Below, in pieces: positions 17,653 to 27,649 of a DNA stretch of 64,000 bases. Origin of the DNA: an uncultured Thermoplasmata archaeon (lineage in GTDB: Archaea; Thermoplasmatota; Thermoplasmata; RBG-16-68-12); assembly GCA_963768855.1 (NCBI GenBank), contig CAVYJM010000011.1, positions 363,331-427,330 on the forward strand, read 5' to 3'. The translations under genes were made by a program, and so were the position numbers. Under the pieces are notes generated by a model. The model saw only the letters and a program-made list of their open reading frames with translations. It was not told the DNA's origin and searched no databases. The first letter of the stretch is position 1. Each line of letters starts with the position of its first letter.

Positions 17653-18324
17653 CTACGCGCGGCGGACGGGACTGCCATGCCCAGGGAGGAGAACCGGCGC
17701 GTCGAGGGTCGTGAGCTTGCGGTACGAATCGAGCGCTGCCTCGCGGTCCTCCACGACGATCGGCGGCTCGGGCTTTCCCTGCCGGCCGTTCACCGCGTCC
17801 CCGGCGAACAGGATGCCAGCGGAGCGGGCGTAGAAGGTGCACGATCCGAGCGTGTGCCCGGGCGCATGAATGACCTCGATGGGCCAGCCGAGGACGTCCA
17901 GGACCTCGCCGCCTTGGAGGATGCGGTCCGTCTCGAGGGGAGGCCCTCGCATGAACGGAGTGAAGACGCCCATCAGGGCGGCGACGACCATCATCGACGG
18001 CCGCGTGCCGTGCGTCCGTCGGCGCTCGCGACGGGCCGCGACCGGGGCGTCGAGCGCATGGAGGTCGACCTGGGCTCGGCTCTCGCGCTTCCACACCGCC
18101 GCCGTGCCGATGTGGTCGACGTGGTGGTGGGTGAGCAGGAGCATGGAGACGTCCTGCACCTCCTTGCCGAGCTCCCGGAGCCCGCGGCGGATCGGTTCTT
18201 CCGCACGGCGCGTCCCCGTGTCCACGAGGACGACCTTGCCGAGGTCGAGGAGGTAGAGGTTGACGAAGCGGTCCTCGAGACGGTACACCTGGTCCGCGAT
18301 GCGCTGGAGGACGTCGGCGGCCAC
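17653..18324 (-). CDS. MBL-fold metallo-hydrolase
   Basis: THHHVDHIG, HAPGHT, AGDA and PGHG motifs. Confidence 0.9.
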   Translation of the reverse strand: MAADVLQRIADQVYRLEDRFVNLYLLDLGKVVLVDTGTRRAEEPIRRGLRELGKEVQDVSMLLLTHHHVDHIGTAAVWKRESRAQVDLHALDAPVAARRERRRTHGTRPSMMVVAALMGVFTPFMRGPPLETDRILQGGEVLDVLGWPIEVIHAPGHTLGSCTFYARSAGILFAGDAVNGRQGKPEPPIVVEDREAALDSYRKLTTLDAPVLLPGHGSPVRRA

Positions 18325-18367
18325 GGATCAGGGAGCCGTGCGTCGCGGATAAGCCTCGCGGTCTCGA

Positions 18368-20377
18368 TCAGGGACCCGCGACCTCGGTCGGCAGGAGGAG
18401 GGAGAACGAGGCGCCCCGCCCCGGCTCGGACGCCAGTTCGATCCGCCCGCCGTGGGCCTCGGCGACGGCCTTCACGAAGAGCAGTCCGAGCCCGACCCCT
18501 TCGCCGTGCGGCTTCGTCGTGAAGAACGGCTGGAAGATCCGGTCCCGGTCCTGCGGCGAGATCCCCTTCCCCGTGTCCCGCACCGTGACGCACGCCCACT
18601 CCCCCTCGCGCCGCAGGGACACCGTCACGGTCCCCTTGTCCGTCGCCTGGTACGCGTTCTTGATCAGGTTGCCGACCGCCTGGGAGATCTTCAGCGCGTC
18701 GACGGTCATCGGGAGCGGCGCGTCGCCGACGTCGAGGTCAAGCGCCACGGCCGGTTTCCGGTAGGCGGCCACTTGCTCCGCGGCGGCCCGAAGCAGGGTC
18801 GCGAGGTCCGCCTCCTGCCGGCGGATCTCCGTGGACCGGGTGAAGGTCATGATTTCCTCGATGATGCGGGCCGCGAGGCGCCGCTGGGCGTCGATCCGGT
18901 CGAGGCGCTCCCTCGTCGCATCCTCCTGGGTCTGGCGCCGGATGCTCGCGGTCAGCAGGGAGATGTTCGTCAGGGGCGTATTCAGCTCGTGGGCCACGTA
19001 CGACGCGGTGCGGCCGATCGACGCGAGGCGCTCCGTCTCGAGGAGGGCCCGTTGAGCCTCCCGAAGGCTCGTGACGTCCACGAGGGTCGTGAGGATCGTC
19101 GGCTCGTCGGCGAGGGTCATCGGCTCGACGAACACGAGCGCGGTCCACGTCCGGCCCGACCTCGTCCGGAACCGTTCCTCGACGCCGCGAACGCTCTCGC
19201 CCCGTCGCACGGGCTCCAAGATCCGGTCGCGCTGCGCCGCGTCGGACCAGATTTCGAGTTCGGGCGACGGTCGTCCGAGGACCTCGTACGGGGCGTACTC
19301 GCAGGCGCGGAGGAAGCTCGCGTTCGCCTCGATCACCCTGCCGTCCGCGAGGCGCGTGACCGCAGCGGGCACCGGGCTGTTGTGGAAAGCCTTCGCGAAC
19401 CGCTCCTCGGCCTTCCTCCGCTCGCTCTCGAGCCGCTCCGACTCGAGGAACTGTCCCATCCGATCCCCCAGGTCGGCCATGAGCTCGAGGAGTTGGGGAT
19501 CCGGCTCGCGGGTGCTCCGGCTGAAGAAGACCATCACGCCGAGGACCCGCGGTCCGCGCCCGGTGATCGGGAAGGAGAGTCCCTGCCGCAGGCCGAGGTC
19601 CGCGCCGGATTGGCCGCGGGCGAAGTGCGTCCGGGGTGTCAGCTCCTCGAGCCACTCGGGGCGTCCGGTCGCCCAGGTGGTCCCCGGGATCCCGACCCCG
19701 CGCGGGACGGCGACGGTCCGGCTCGCGGCCTCGAACTCGGCGGAAGGGAACCCCGGGACGTGCCAGGCCGCCTGCCACCGCAGGCTCGTGCCCTCGGCGG
19801 ACGCGATCCACAGTTCCCCGTACTCCCAGCTCGCTTCCTCGCAGACCGCCTGGAGGAGGCGCGGGATTGCCTCCCGAGCCGGGGCCGAGTCGTTCAGGAC
19901 CCGGGTCACCGCGAACTCGGTCCGGAGGCGGCGCTCGAGCCGCAGCCGCTCCGTGATGTCGTGGCACAGCACGAGGCGCGCGCGGTGGTCGTCGAAGTCG
20001 ATCTCGCTCGCCAGGACCTCGACGTCGATGATGCTCCCGTCGCGCTTGAGATGCCTCCAGATCCCGATCGTCGTGGTGCCGCTGTCGAGCCGCCTGACCT
20101 CGTCCATGAGCGCGGGGATGTCCTCGGGCGGCCGGATGTCCTTGATCGTCATCCGGAGGAACTCGTTCCTCGAGTAGCCGTAGTGGGTGACCGCCGCGTC
20201 GTTGACGGCGAGGAAGTAGAGGGACTTGACATCGAACACCCACATCGGGAGCGGGTTCTTCTCGAACAGCAGGCGGTACGACTCCCTGATGAAGTGCATC
20301 CGACCGTTCCGTGGGCTCTCGGCTTCCCGCCGTTGGCTCGGGAACTCATCGGATGGTATGGGCTCGTTGCCGGGCAT
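18368..20377 (-). CDS. Cytoplasmic PAS-GAF-PAS sensor histidine kinase
   Basis: PAS (LFEKNPLPMWVFD), GAF, PAS, H-box AHELNTPLT, NLIKNA, DTGKG, FFTTK and GVGLGL. Confidence 0.93.
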   Translation of the reverse strand: MPGNEPIPSDEFPSQRREAESPRNGRMHFIRESYRLLFEKNPLPMWVFDVKSLYFLAVNDAAVTHYGYSRNEFLRMTIKDIRPPEDIPALMDEVRRLDSGTTTIGIWRHLKRDGSIIDVEVLASEIDFDDHRARLVLCHDITERLRLERRLRTEFAVTRVLNDSAPAREAIPRLLQAVCEEASWEYGELWIASAEGTSLRWQAAWHVPGFPSAEFEAASRTVAVPRGVGIPGTTWATGRPEWLEELTPRTHFARGQSGADLGLRQGLSFPITGRGPRVLGVMVFFSRSTREPDPQLLELMADLGDRMGQFLESERLESERRKAEERFAKAFHNSPVPAAVTRLADGRVIEANASFLRACEYAPYEVLGRPSPELEIWSDAAQRDRILEPVRRGESVRGVEERFRTRSGRTWTALVFVEPMTLADEPTILTTLVDVTSLREAQRALLETERLASIGRTASYVAHELNTPLTNISLLTASIRRQTQEDATRERLDRIDAQRRLAARIIEEIMTFTRSTEIRRQEADLATLLRAAAEQVAAYRKPAVALDLDVGDAPLPMTVDALKISQAVGNLIKNAYQATDKGTVTVSLRREGEWACVTVRDTGKGISPQDRDRIFQPFFTTKPHGEGVGLGLLFVKAVAEAHGGRIELASEPGRGASFSLLLPTEVAGP

Positions 20378-20517
20378 TGGAAAGGGTCAGCCGACCGGCC
20401 GTGGCCGCATCGCGCCCGGGGATACCATCCCCCGCGCGCGTATTTCCCCTTTGTGCAGTCGGATAAGGCAAGCCTAAAGAGTCGGATGGGCTCGCCCCCC
20501 ATCCCCGGGCCGGGGGA

Positions 20518-21807
20518 TCATGTCGCGCGGCCCTTGCCAATCGTCTCCTGGCCCCCCATGTAGGGGCGCAAGACCTTGGGCACGGTGACGCTGCCGTCCG
20601 CGTTCTGATCGTTCTCCAGGATGGCGACGAGTCCGCGCGAGGTCGCCATGGCCGTCGAGTTCAGGGTGTGCGGGACGAACTTCTCGCCGCCGACCTTCCC
20701 CGCGCGGATGTTCAGCCGCCGCGACTGGTAGTCCGTGCAGTTCGAGCAGGAGATGACCTCGCGGTACTTCCCCTGCCGTGGATACCACGCCTCGATGTCG
20801 TACTTCTTCGCCGCCACGCTGCCGATGTCCCCCGTGCAGACGTTCACCACGCGGTACGGGATCTCGAGCGCGCGGTAGATTGCCTCCCCGTTCGCGCGGA
20901 TCTTCTCGTGCCACGACCAGCTCTCCTCGGGTCGGCAGAAGACGAACTGCTCGATTTTGTTGAACTGATGCATCCGGAAGAGTCCCTTCGTGTCGACGCC
21001 GTGCGCGCCGATCTCCCGCCGGAAGCACGCGCTGATCCCCGCGAAGGCCAGGGGCAGTTGCGCGTCGTCGATGATCTCGTCCTTGTACAGCGCGCCGATC
21101 GGATGTTCCGACGTCGCGATCAGGAAGAGGTCCTCCCCCTCGACCTTGTACATGACCGTCTCGAAGTCGCCGAGGTCCGTGACGCCCTCGTAGGCGCCGC
21201 GGTGCATCATGTAGGGCGGGAAGACGGGCGTGAAGCCCTGCTGGACCATGTAGTCCAGGGAGAACGACAGGAGCGCTTGGTCGAGCCGCACGAGGTCGCC
21301 CATCATGTACACGAAGCCCGCGCCGGCGATCTTGCGCGCGCGCTCGAAGTCCGCGAGCTGGAGCGCCTCGAGGAGCTCGCCGTGCGGCTTGAGCTCGAAG
21401 TCGAACTTCCTGGGTGTGCCCCATTTCGCGACCTCGACGTTTTCGGAGTCGTCCTTGCCCACGGGGACGGATTCGTGGAGGAGGTTCGGCAGGCGCATCA
21501 GGCCGTTGCGCACCTTCGCGTCGAGGTCCGCGGTCTTCGCGTCGAGGGCGTCGATCTTCTTTGGGAGCTCGGCGGCCTCCTTCTGGAGGGCCGCGGTGTC
21601 CTTCATCGCCTTCCGCGCCTCCGCGATCGCGCGGGTGATCTCGTTCCGCTTCTTCTTCAGGCCGTCCGCCTCCGACGACGCGGTCCGCCATTCTTTGTCC
21701 CAGCGGATGACCTCGTCGAGGAGGCGTTCTTTGTCCGCGGCCCCCCGCTTCTTCAGGTCGTCCCGGACCCGATCCGGATGCTCGCGGATGAGACGGATGT
21801 CCAGCAC
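20518..21807 (-). CDS. serS: Seryl-tRNA synthetase (bacterial type)
   Basis: MLDIRLIRE, LIATSE, FRREIG, RMHQFNKIE and HTLNST motifs. Confidence 0.97.
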   Translation of the reverse strand: MLDIRLIREHPDRVRDDLKKRGAADKERLLDEVIRWDKEWRTASSEADGLKKKRNEITRAIAEARKAMKDTAALQKEAAELPKKIDALDAKTADLDAKVRNGLMRLPNLLHESVPVGKDDSENVEVAKWGTPRKFDFELKPHGELLEALQLADFERARKIAGAGFVYMMGDLVRLDQALLSFSLDYMVQQGFTPVFPPYMMHRGAYEGVTDLGDFETVMYKVEGEDLFLIATSEHPIGALYKDEIIDDAQLPLAFAGISACFRREIGAHGVDTKGLFRMHQFNKIEQFVFCRPEESWSWHEKIRANGEAIYRALEIPYRVVNVCTGDIGSVAAKKYDIEAWYPRQGKYREVISCSNCTDYQSRRLNIRAGKVGGEKFVPHTLNSTAMATSRGLVAILENDQNADGSVTVPKVLRPYMGGQETIGKGRAT

Positions 21808-21996
21808 GGCGGAGCCGATGGGGTGGAGGCTATTAGTACGTTACCGGAAACGGCCCGGGAGAGCGGCGGCGCACCGAATGCGGAAGCATGCGGGCCGCGG
21901 GTCGTACAGGGCGGTCCCGCCCCTTGATTTCCCGCCTGATAACAACCGGGGACCTGTTAAATAACGCGCCATCCAAGGGAGACCGATGGAGCCACC

Positions 21997-22725
21997 ATGG
22001 CGTTCCATCTGCGACCGTCCATCGTGAACGCCGCGTTCGTGATCCTGTTCGCGGTCATTGCCGGCCTTGCCTGGGCCACCGCCTCGGCGACCAGCGCGCC
22101 GTGGTACGACGCTTCGGTAGGGCTTCAGGTCTACGCTCTTGCGGCGGCTCTTGCGACGTTGCTCGCGACCGTCGTGGTCCTCACCACCTCGCGTCGCGTC
22201 TCGGACCTCGAATCTTCCCTGCGTCGCGTCGAACGGCGGGTCGGGATGCTCCGTGCGAAGGTCCGGAAGAACCCGTCGAGTTTCGCGTCCGCCGCCAGAT
22301 CCGTCTCCCTCCCTGAGCTGGACACGGTCGAGGCGCTCGACGGCCTGGCCGGTGCGGGCACGCCCTCCGTGATCCGGATCGAGCGGCAGGGTCACGACAC
22401 CCTGGTCCCGGTGCCGGAGGGCGTCTCGTCGTCGAAGTCCTTCGCGGTCACGGAGGTCCTCCGTCAGCTGGTCCGGGAGCGGAACGCGCTGTGGCAAGCC
22501 CGCGCGCAGGTCTGGGCGGTGGCGGCGGGCCCGGTCATCACGTGCATCGTGTTCCTCGCGATCGCGGGCCCCATGCTCCCCGGGTCGGCCGGGTTCGCGG
22601 CCGCCCACTTCCAGATGAACACGGCGTTCATCCTCTTCCTCGCGTACGGCCTTCCACCCCTGGTCGCCTGGTCCCTCATCGCCCTGGGGATGCTCGGCGG
22701 ATCGAGCCGTCGCTGGGTCCCCTAG
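21997..22725 (+). CDS. Uncharacterised 4-TM membrane protein (paralog of 46058-46750)
   Basis: Two TM pairs flank a coiled/low-complexity loop. Similar AAGP...LP....N motif in both proteins. Confidence 0.65.
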   Translation: MAFHLRPSIVNAAFVILFAVIAGLAWATASATSAPWYDASVGLQVYALAAALATLLATVVVLTTSRRVSDLESSLRRVERRVGMLRAKVRKNPSSFASAARSVSLPELDTVEALDGLAGAGTPSVIRIERQGHDTLVPVPEGVSSSKSFAVTEVLRQLVRERNALWQARAQVWAVAAGPVITCIVFLAIAGPMLPGSAGFAAAHFQMNTAFILFLAYGLPPLVAWSLIALGMLGGSSRRWVP

Positions 22726-23009
22726 AAGCAGGGACTCGTGGGTCTGCCTGCTGCGATTCAAGGCGGCATGGCCCCGCTCGACACGCTGCCCGCCCGGCGC
22801 CCAGGATGCTCGAAGACTACATAGGTACCGAGACGTTGCCGCAGTTGACCGCCGCGCGTCGGCGAACTGGGAAATCCAACCGGTTGGATGGGTATCTCGT
22901 GGCAGGTGCAACGGAGCGGACCGGGGACGCCGGACGGGACGCCGGCGTCATCTCAGCTCGGTGGAGGGCAGCGAACGCCTTGGGCGGGTCCTTGGTCTCC
23001 CTTGCCGCG

Positions 23010-25622
23010 ATGGGTCCAGGCGGGGCCGCCCCGGATCCGTCGGCTGCGGCGGGGACCCCAACCGCGGCACCGCTCTGGTCCGGAGACCCGGTCCGCACGC
23101 TCCGAGGGCTGAAAGGGCTCGATGAGATTCGTCCCCTGTGGGATGCCCTGTCGGCTCCGTGGGCCAGCCCCATGCTGAGCCAGGCCTGGATCCGGGCCTG
23201 GGCCGAGGTGTACGGGATCGATCGGGATCTGGAGTTCCTCGTGGCGGGAGACGGCCGCGCGGCAGCGATCGCGCCGCTCGTCCGCTCGAGGCGGGGTGGG
23301 CTGCGGTTCGAACTCGCGGGACCCGACAACCTCGTCGAGGTCATGGACTTCCTCTACGAGGATGGCTCGCACATTCCCGTGCTCGCCCGATCCCTCGCCC
23401 GTTCGCGGGTTCCCCTGCGATTCTGGCGGGTCCCGGCCGATTCTCCGATCATCCCCGCTCTGACGGAGGCGTGTCGAGGCCGGGGGATTGTCCGATGCCA
23501 GGCGAGCGCCGGGTGTCCCTCGCTTCCTCTCGACGCGACCTGGGCGAACCCCCTCGAGCACTTGGATTCCCACCGGCGTTCGAACGTCCGCCGGGCTCGA
23601 CGGATCGCGGAGAGCATGGGGCCGGTCACGTCGGAGATCCTCTCGCCGCGCCCCGACGAGGTCGACCGACTCCTGGACGAAGCCTATGCGGTCGAGGCGG
23701 CGGGGTGGAAATCGCGCGAGGGTTCGCCGCTCGCCCGCGATCCCCTGCTGGGCGATTTCTTCCGTCGGTACGCGCGGCTTGCCGCGGAGACCGGAGAACT
23801 TCGGATCTGCTTCCTCCGAATCGGGGGACGGGCGGTCGCCATGAAGCTTGCCGCCGTCACGGGGAAGCGGTTCTGGCTCCTGGCGATGGGCTTCTCCGAG
23901 GACTACGAGCGGTGTTCCCCCGGCACGCTTCTCCTCCTCGATACCCTCCAGTACGCGGCCCGGGCCGACCTCCGCTCCTACGAGTTCCTCGGGGCGGACG
24001 AGCCCTGGGTCCGCGTATGGAGCCCGACCCAGCGACCTTGCGTTTCGATTCGGACGTACCCCATCGGGGCCCGAGGAGCCGTGGCGTTGGTTTCCGATGC
24101 ATCGGACCGGATGCGTTCTCGCGCGCGGACCCTGAGGCCGACGGGGGAGCGCCTCTTCGACAAGGTCGTCCAGCGGTTGGCCCTGGCGTACTCGGCGGGG
24201 CCCACGGCCGAGCAGGCGGTGCAAACGGCGGAGTCTCTGGCGGCGATCGGCTATCCGGGCATCGTCGGCTACATGAGCGCCGACCGCGCCGATCCCCGAG
24301 TCGTCGCGCGCAACAGCCTGGAGGCCCTCGAGGCCATTCACGCGAAACAACTCGACTGCTACGTGTCGATCAAGGCGCCCCCGCTTCGGTTCGATCGAGG
24401 CCTCGTTCGCGGGATCGTCCAGTCTGGAAACGAGAAGGGCATCCGGGTCCACTTCGATGCGATGGCCGCGGACGACGTGGACCGCACATTCTCCCTCATC
24501 CAGGAGATGCAAGCGATAAATCGGAACGTCAGTTGCACCCTCCCCGGTCGATGGCAACGGAGCACGGCGGACGCCCAGCGAGCGATCGACCTCGGCCTTG
24601 CGGTCCGGGTGATCCAAGGAGAATGGGCCGACCTCCCGGAACGCGAGCGCGATCCCGTGGCCGGTTTCTACGAGATCGTCGATCGGCTCGCGGGCCGCGT
24701 TCCCACGGTTGGCGTCGCAACGCACGACCCGGCGCTCGCGCGCAAGTGCGTTCGCCGTCTGCGTGCGGCAGGGACCCCGTGCGAAATCGAAGTCGTCCGG
24801 GGATATCCGATCCATCGCGTCCTCCCCGTCGCCGTGGACGAAGGCGTCCGGGTGCGGGTCTACGTCCCCTTTGGGCACATCGCGTTCCCCTACACGATGG
24901 GCAAGGTCGTCCACAAGCCCCGGATTGCGCTCTGGGCCCTGCGGGATGTGTTCCGAGGCGGCACGTCCGTGGTTCCACGGACGCGAGCGGGAAGGGGACC
25001 GGGCAGCGAGCGGCTCAGGCAGGGCCGACTCGGCGCCTCGGGATTCGGTACTCACGCCTGGGAAGCTCCGCGTCACAGGCGACCCAGACCAGCCCGACAG
25101 GTCACGGACCTCCGGAGCTCGATCACGGCCTCCAGCTATGTCGTGCTCCAGTGGACGGCCCCCGGAGACAACGGGAGCGTGGGCCAGGCGAGCCAGTATG
25201 ATCTCCGTTACAGCGCGCAGGGCCCCCTCGACAGCACGTCGTTCGGTGCCGCCACACGGGTGCCCACTTTCCCGCCCCAGCTGGCCGGCTCAACGGAGTC
25301 TCTGAACGCCAGCGGACTGTTGCCCGGGACGCAGTACTGGTTCGCCTTGCGGACCGCCGACGCCGTGCCGAACTGGTCCCCAATCTCCAACGACCTATCG
25401 GTCACGACTCCCGCGCTCCCGCCTCCCGTGCCCGCGTGGCGACGCGCTGAAGAGGCCTTCCGGAAGCGGATTCTGAATCGGAGGACCCTCCGAACCGGGA
25501 GGTGCGTGGGATGCACACGACCCGGGCGAGCGCCCGGCTTCATGCCTCGTCGGTCCAACGCAACCAGCTGGCTCGGCTCGGCTACCGTCGCCGATTCGTC
25601 TCCGAGAGGAGCGAGTCGATGA
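23010..25622 (+). CDS. CelD/BcsL-type GNAT fused to a proline-dehydrogenase-like barrel and an Fn3 fragment
   Basis: GNAT (YERCSPGTLLL, YEFLGADEPW), ProDH-like (YVSIK, VATHD, VRVYVPFG) and Fn3 (LQWTAPGDNG, TQYWFALRTAD) in one open frame. Start inferred. Confidence 0.6.
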   Translation: MGPGGAAPDPSAAAGTPTAAPLWSGDPVRTLRGLKGLDEIRPLWDALSAPWASPMLSQAWIRAWAEVYGIDRDLEFLVAGDGRAAAIAPLVRSRRGGLRFELAGPDNLVEVMDFLYEDGSHIPVLARSLARSRVPLRFWRVPADSPIIPALTEACRGRGIVRCQASAGCPSLPLDATWANPLEHLDSHRRSNVRRARRIAESMGPVTSEILSPRPDEVDRLLDEAYAVEAAGWKSREGSPLARDPLLGDFFRRYARLAAETGELRICFLRIGGRAVAMKLAAVTGKRFWLLAMGFSEDYERCSPGTLLLLDTLQYAARADLRSYEFLGADEPWVRVWSPTQRPCVSIRTYPIGARGAVALVSDASDRMRSRARTLRPTGERLFDKVVQRLALAYSAGPTAEQAVQTAESLAAIGYPGIVGYMSADRADPRVVARNSLEALEAIHAKQLDCYVSIKAPPLRFDRGLVRGIVQSGNEKGIRVHFDAMAADDVDRTFSLIQEMQAINRNVSCTLPGRWQRSTADAQRAIDLGLAVRVIQGEWADLPERERDPVAGFYEIVDRLAGRVPTVGVATHDPALARKCVRRLRAAGTPCEIEVVRGYPIHRVLPVAVDEGVRVRVYVPFGHIAFPYTMGKVVHKPRIALWALRDVFRGGTSVVPRTRAGRGPGSERLRQGRLGASGFGTHAWEAPRHRRPRPARQVTDLRSSITASSYVVLQWTAPGDNGSVGQASQYDLRYSAQGPLDSTSFGAATRVPTFPPQLAGSTESLNASGLLPGTQYWFALRTADAVPNWSPISNDLSVTTPALPPPVPAWRRAEEAFRKRILNRRTLRTGRCVGCTRPGRAPGFMPRRSNATSWLGSATVADSSPRGASR

Positions 25623-25878
25623 CGGACGTCGTCTCGCTATCCTTCGAGCCGGTCACACTCGAACGGGGAATCATCAACGCAGTCACGGTCAGGGACAGGC
25701 CCACGGATGCGAGGATCGACACGCCGAGGAACGGCGCGATGACCGTGACGACGGACTGGAGCGGCCAGTACATCGTCGACACGACGGCCAGGAAAAGGAG
25801 GGCGAGAGCGATAAGCGCCGACCCCACCACCAGAAGCGCCGTCCTCGTCTTCACGTCCCCAACCGCCCCCGTCATCAT
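25582..25878 (-). CDS. Small 2-TM hypothetical protein
   Basis: Two strongly hydrophobic segments. Confidence 0.45.
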   Translation of the reverse strand: MMTGAVGDVKTRTALLVVGSALIALALLFLAVVSTMYWPLQSVVTVIAPFLGVSILASVGLSLTVTALMIPRSSVTGSKDSETTSVIDSLLSETNRRR

Positions 25879-26075
25879 GGTCGACGCATAAAAGGAGGCG
25901 CCCCGCAACGCTTGGCGCAAAACCTCGCCGGCGTCCCCGGTGCGGAGGCGTCCACCGTACCCGTTACCCCGATTTTCAGGGTGAAAGCCTTATCCCCCTA
26001 GCCCGGGATGGGGCGACCCTAAGGGAGGAGTCCGCGATCGACCGTCCCGAACCACCCCGCCGACGCCGGATCCGT

Positions 26076-27525
26076 GTGCCGCACGTGCTCGCGGCCCTCG
26101 TGGCCGTGGGCCTCGTCCTCCGGTTCGTGACCTTCGACTCCTGGGGCATCGTCTACGACGGCGCGGTCATGAGTGTGATGGGCGACTCCTTCGCCCTCCA
26201 CGGAGAGTTCCTCCTCCCCTATGCGTCCGTGCCGACGTTCTACCACCACTACCCGCCGCTCTACCCGATGTTCCTCTCCCTGTTCTACCGCGCCCTCGGT
26301 TTCTCGATCTTCGCGACGAAGTTCGCGGAGCTCGTGCTCTCCGTCCTCCTCGTGGCCGTCGTCTGGTTCGCGACCGCGGACCTCTTCGGCCGCCGCAAGG
26401 CGTGGTACGCCGCCGCGTTCGTCGCCCTCGAGCCGATGTTCCTCATGACGAGCCTGATCGGCTACTCCGAGGAGCTCGTCGGGATCTGTTTCGTCCTGAC
26501 TGCTTGGGCCGCGGTGAAGGGGCTGCGGGACCTGCCCTACCTCGCCCTCGCCGGGCTCTTCGCGGGCCTCGGGTTCCTCGCGAAGGCGTCCATCGGCTGG
26601 GTCTTCGTCGTGACGATCGTCATGGGCTTCCTCTGGATCCGAAGGGCGAAGGGCTGGTGGATCCTGAAGGACAAGTGGTTCCTGACCGGCGTCGGCGCGT
26701 TCGCCCTCCTGGCGGGCGGCTGGACCCTCCGCAACCTGTCCGTGTACGGCTGGCCGCACTGGGACACGTCCGCCTACATCGACAACGTGTACGGTTACGG
26801 GTTCGCGCATCCCTCCATGCTCGCGGAGGCCCTCGTCGTCAAGGTGCCGCTCTTCCTCCTCTTCTTCCTCCTGTACGGGGGGCTGTTCTTCCCGGAGCTG
26901 CGCCTGTCCCGGCGGGCGGCCGCAGGCGAGGCGACCGGCCTCCTGTGGACGATCGTCGGCTCGACGTTCCTCATGGGCTGGATCGTGTCCTCGTTCTTCT
27001 GGACGGTCGAGCAGACGCCGCTGTGGTGGTGGGACAACCTCCGCTACGTCGTCGTGTCCTCGCCGCTGATCCTGTGGCTCGTCCTGAAGGAGACGGAGCC
27101 GCGGTGGACCTTCACCCGTGCGCCCTCCACGGACCTGCGATCCTTCTCGAAGCGCTTCGCGGTCCTCATGGCGGTGTTCCTCGCGATCGGCCTTGCGATT
27201 GTCGCGTTCCCCGCGCCGTACCCGCAGATGAGCGTCGTGCAGAGCCTCGACGGCTACCTGCAGCCCGGGGCCATCGTCGGCGTGGATGGGATCTCGCCCG
27301 AGTCAGATCCTCCCCTACATCTCCGTGCCGAACGTCTCCGTGATCCCCTATCACGGCGGCGTGGCTGCGGCCTACATCCTCTCCGCGACGTCCGCGGCGT
27401 ACGCGGGGTTCGTCCACGTCACCACGTCCAAATCCGGCGACCTCCTCGGGGAGAACTTCGCGTGCTCGCTGTGGGCACGCGCCGGGACCGCGCTCGCGGA
27501 CGCGGCGTCCCACCCCGGCCCGTGA
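26076..27525 (+). CDS. GT-C fold glycosyltransferase (ArnT/PMT-like, GT39-type); frameshift near 27300
   Basis: YDGAVM, HHYPPLYP and LAKASIG motifs with many TM segments. Plausible C-terminus continues in the 27286-27525 frame (SQILPYISV...). Confidence 0.8.
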
Positions 27526-27649
27526 CGGACTCGCACGACTTGGGCGCCCGAATCCGCCCTCCTCCCCTCGGGATCGGGCCGAGGCCCTCGGGCATGGGCC
27601 ACGGCAAAAGCCTATGAGGACCCGCCGCGTCGGCCCCGAACGGCAGACC

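Noticed and set aside
22491-23009. N-terminal extension of the GNAT fusion ORF
   Set aside because: It overlaps the upstream membrane gene and reads as non-coding sequence. The start was moved to 23010.
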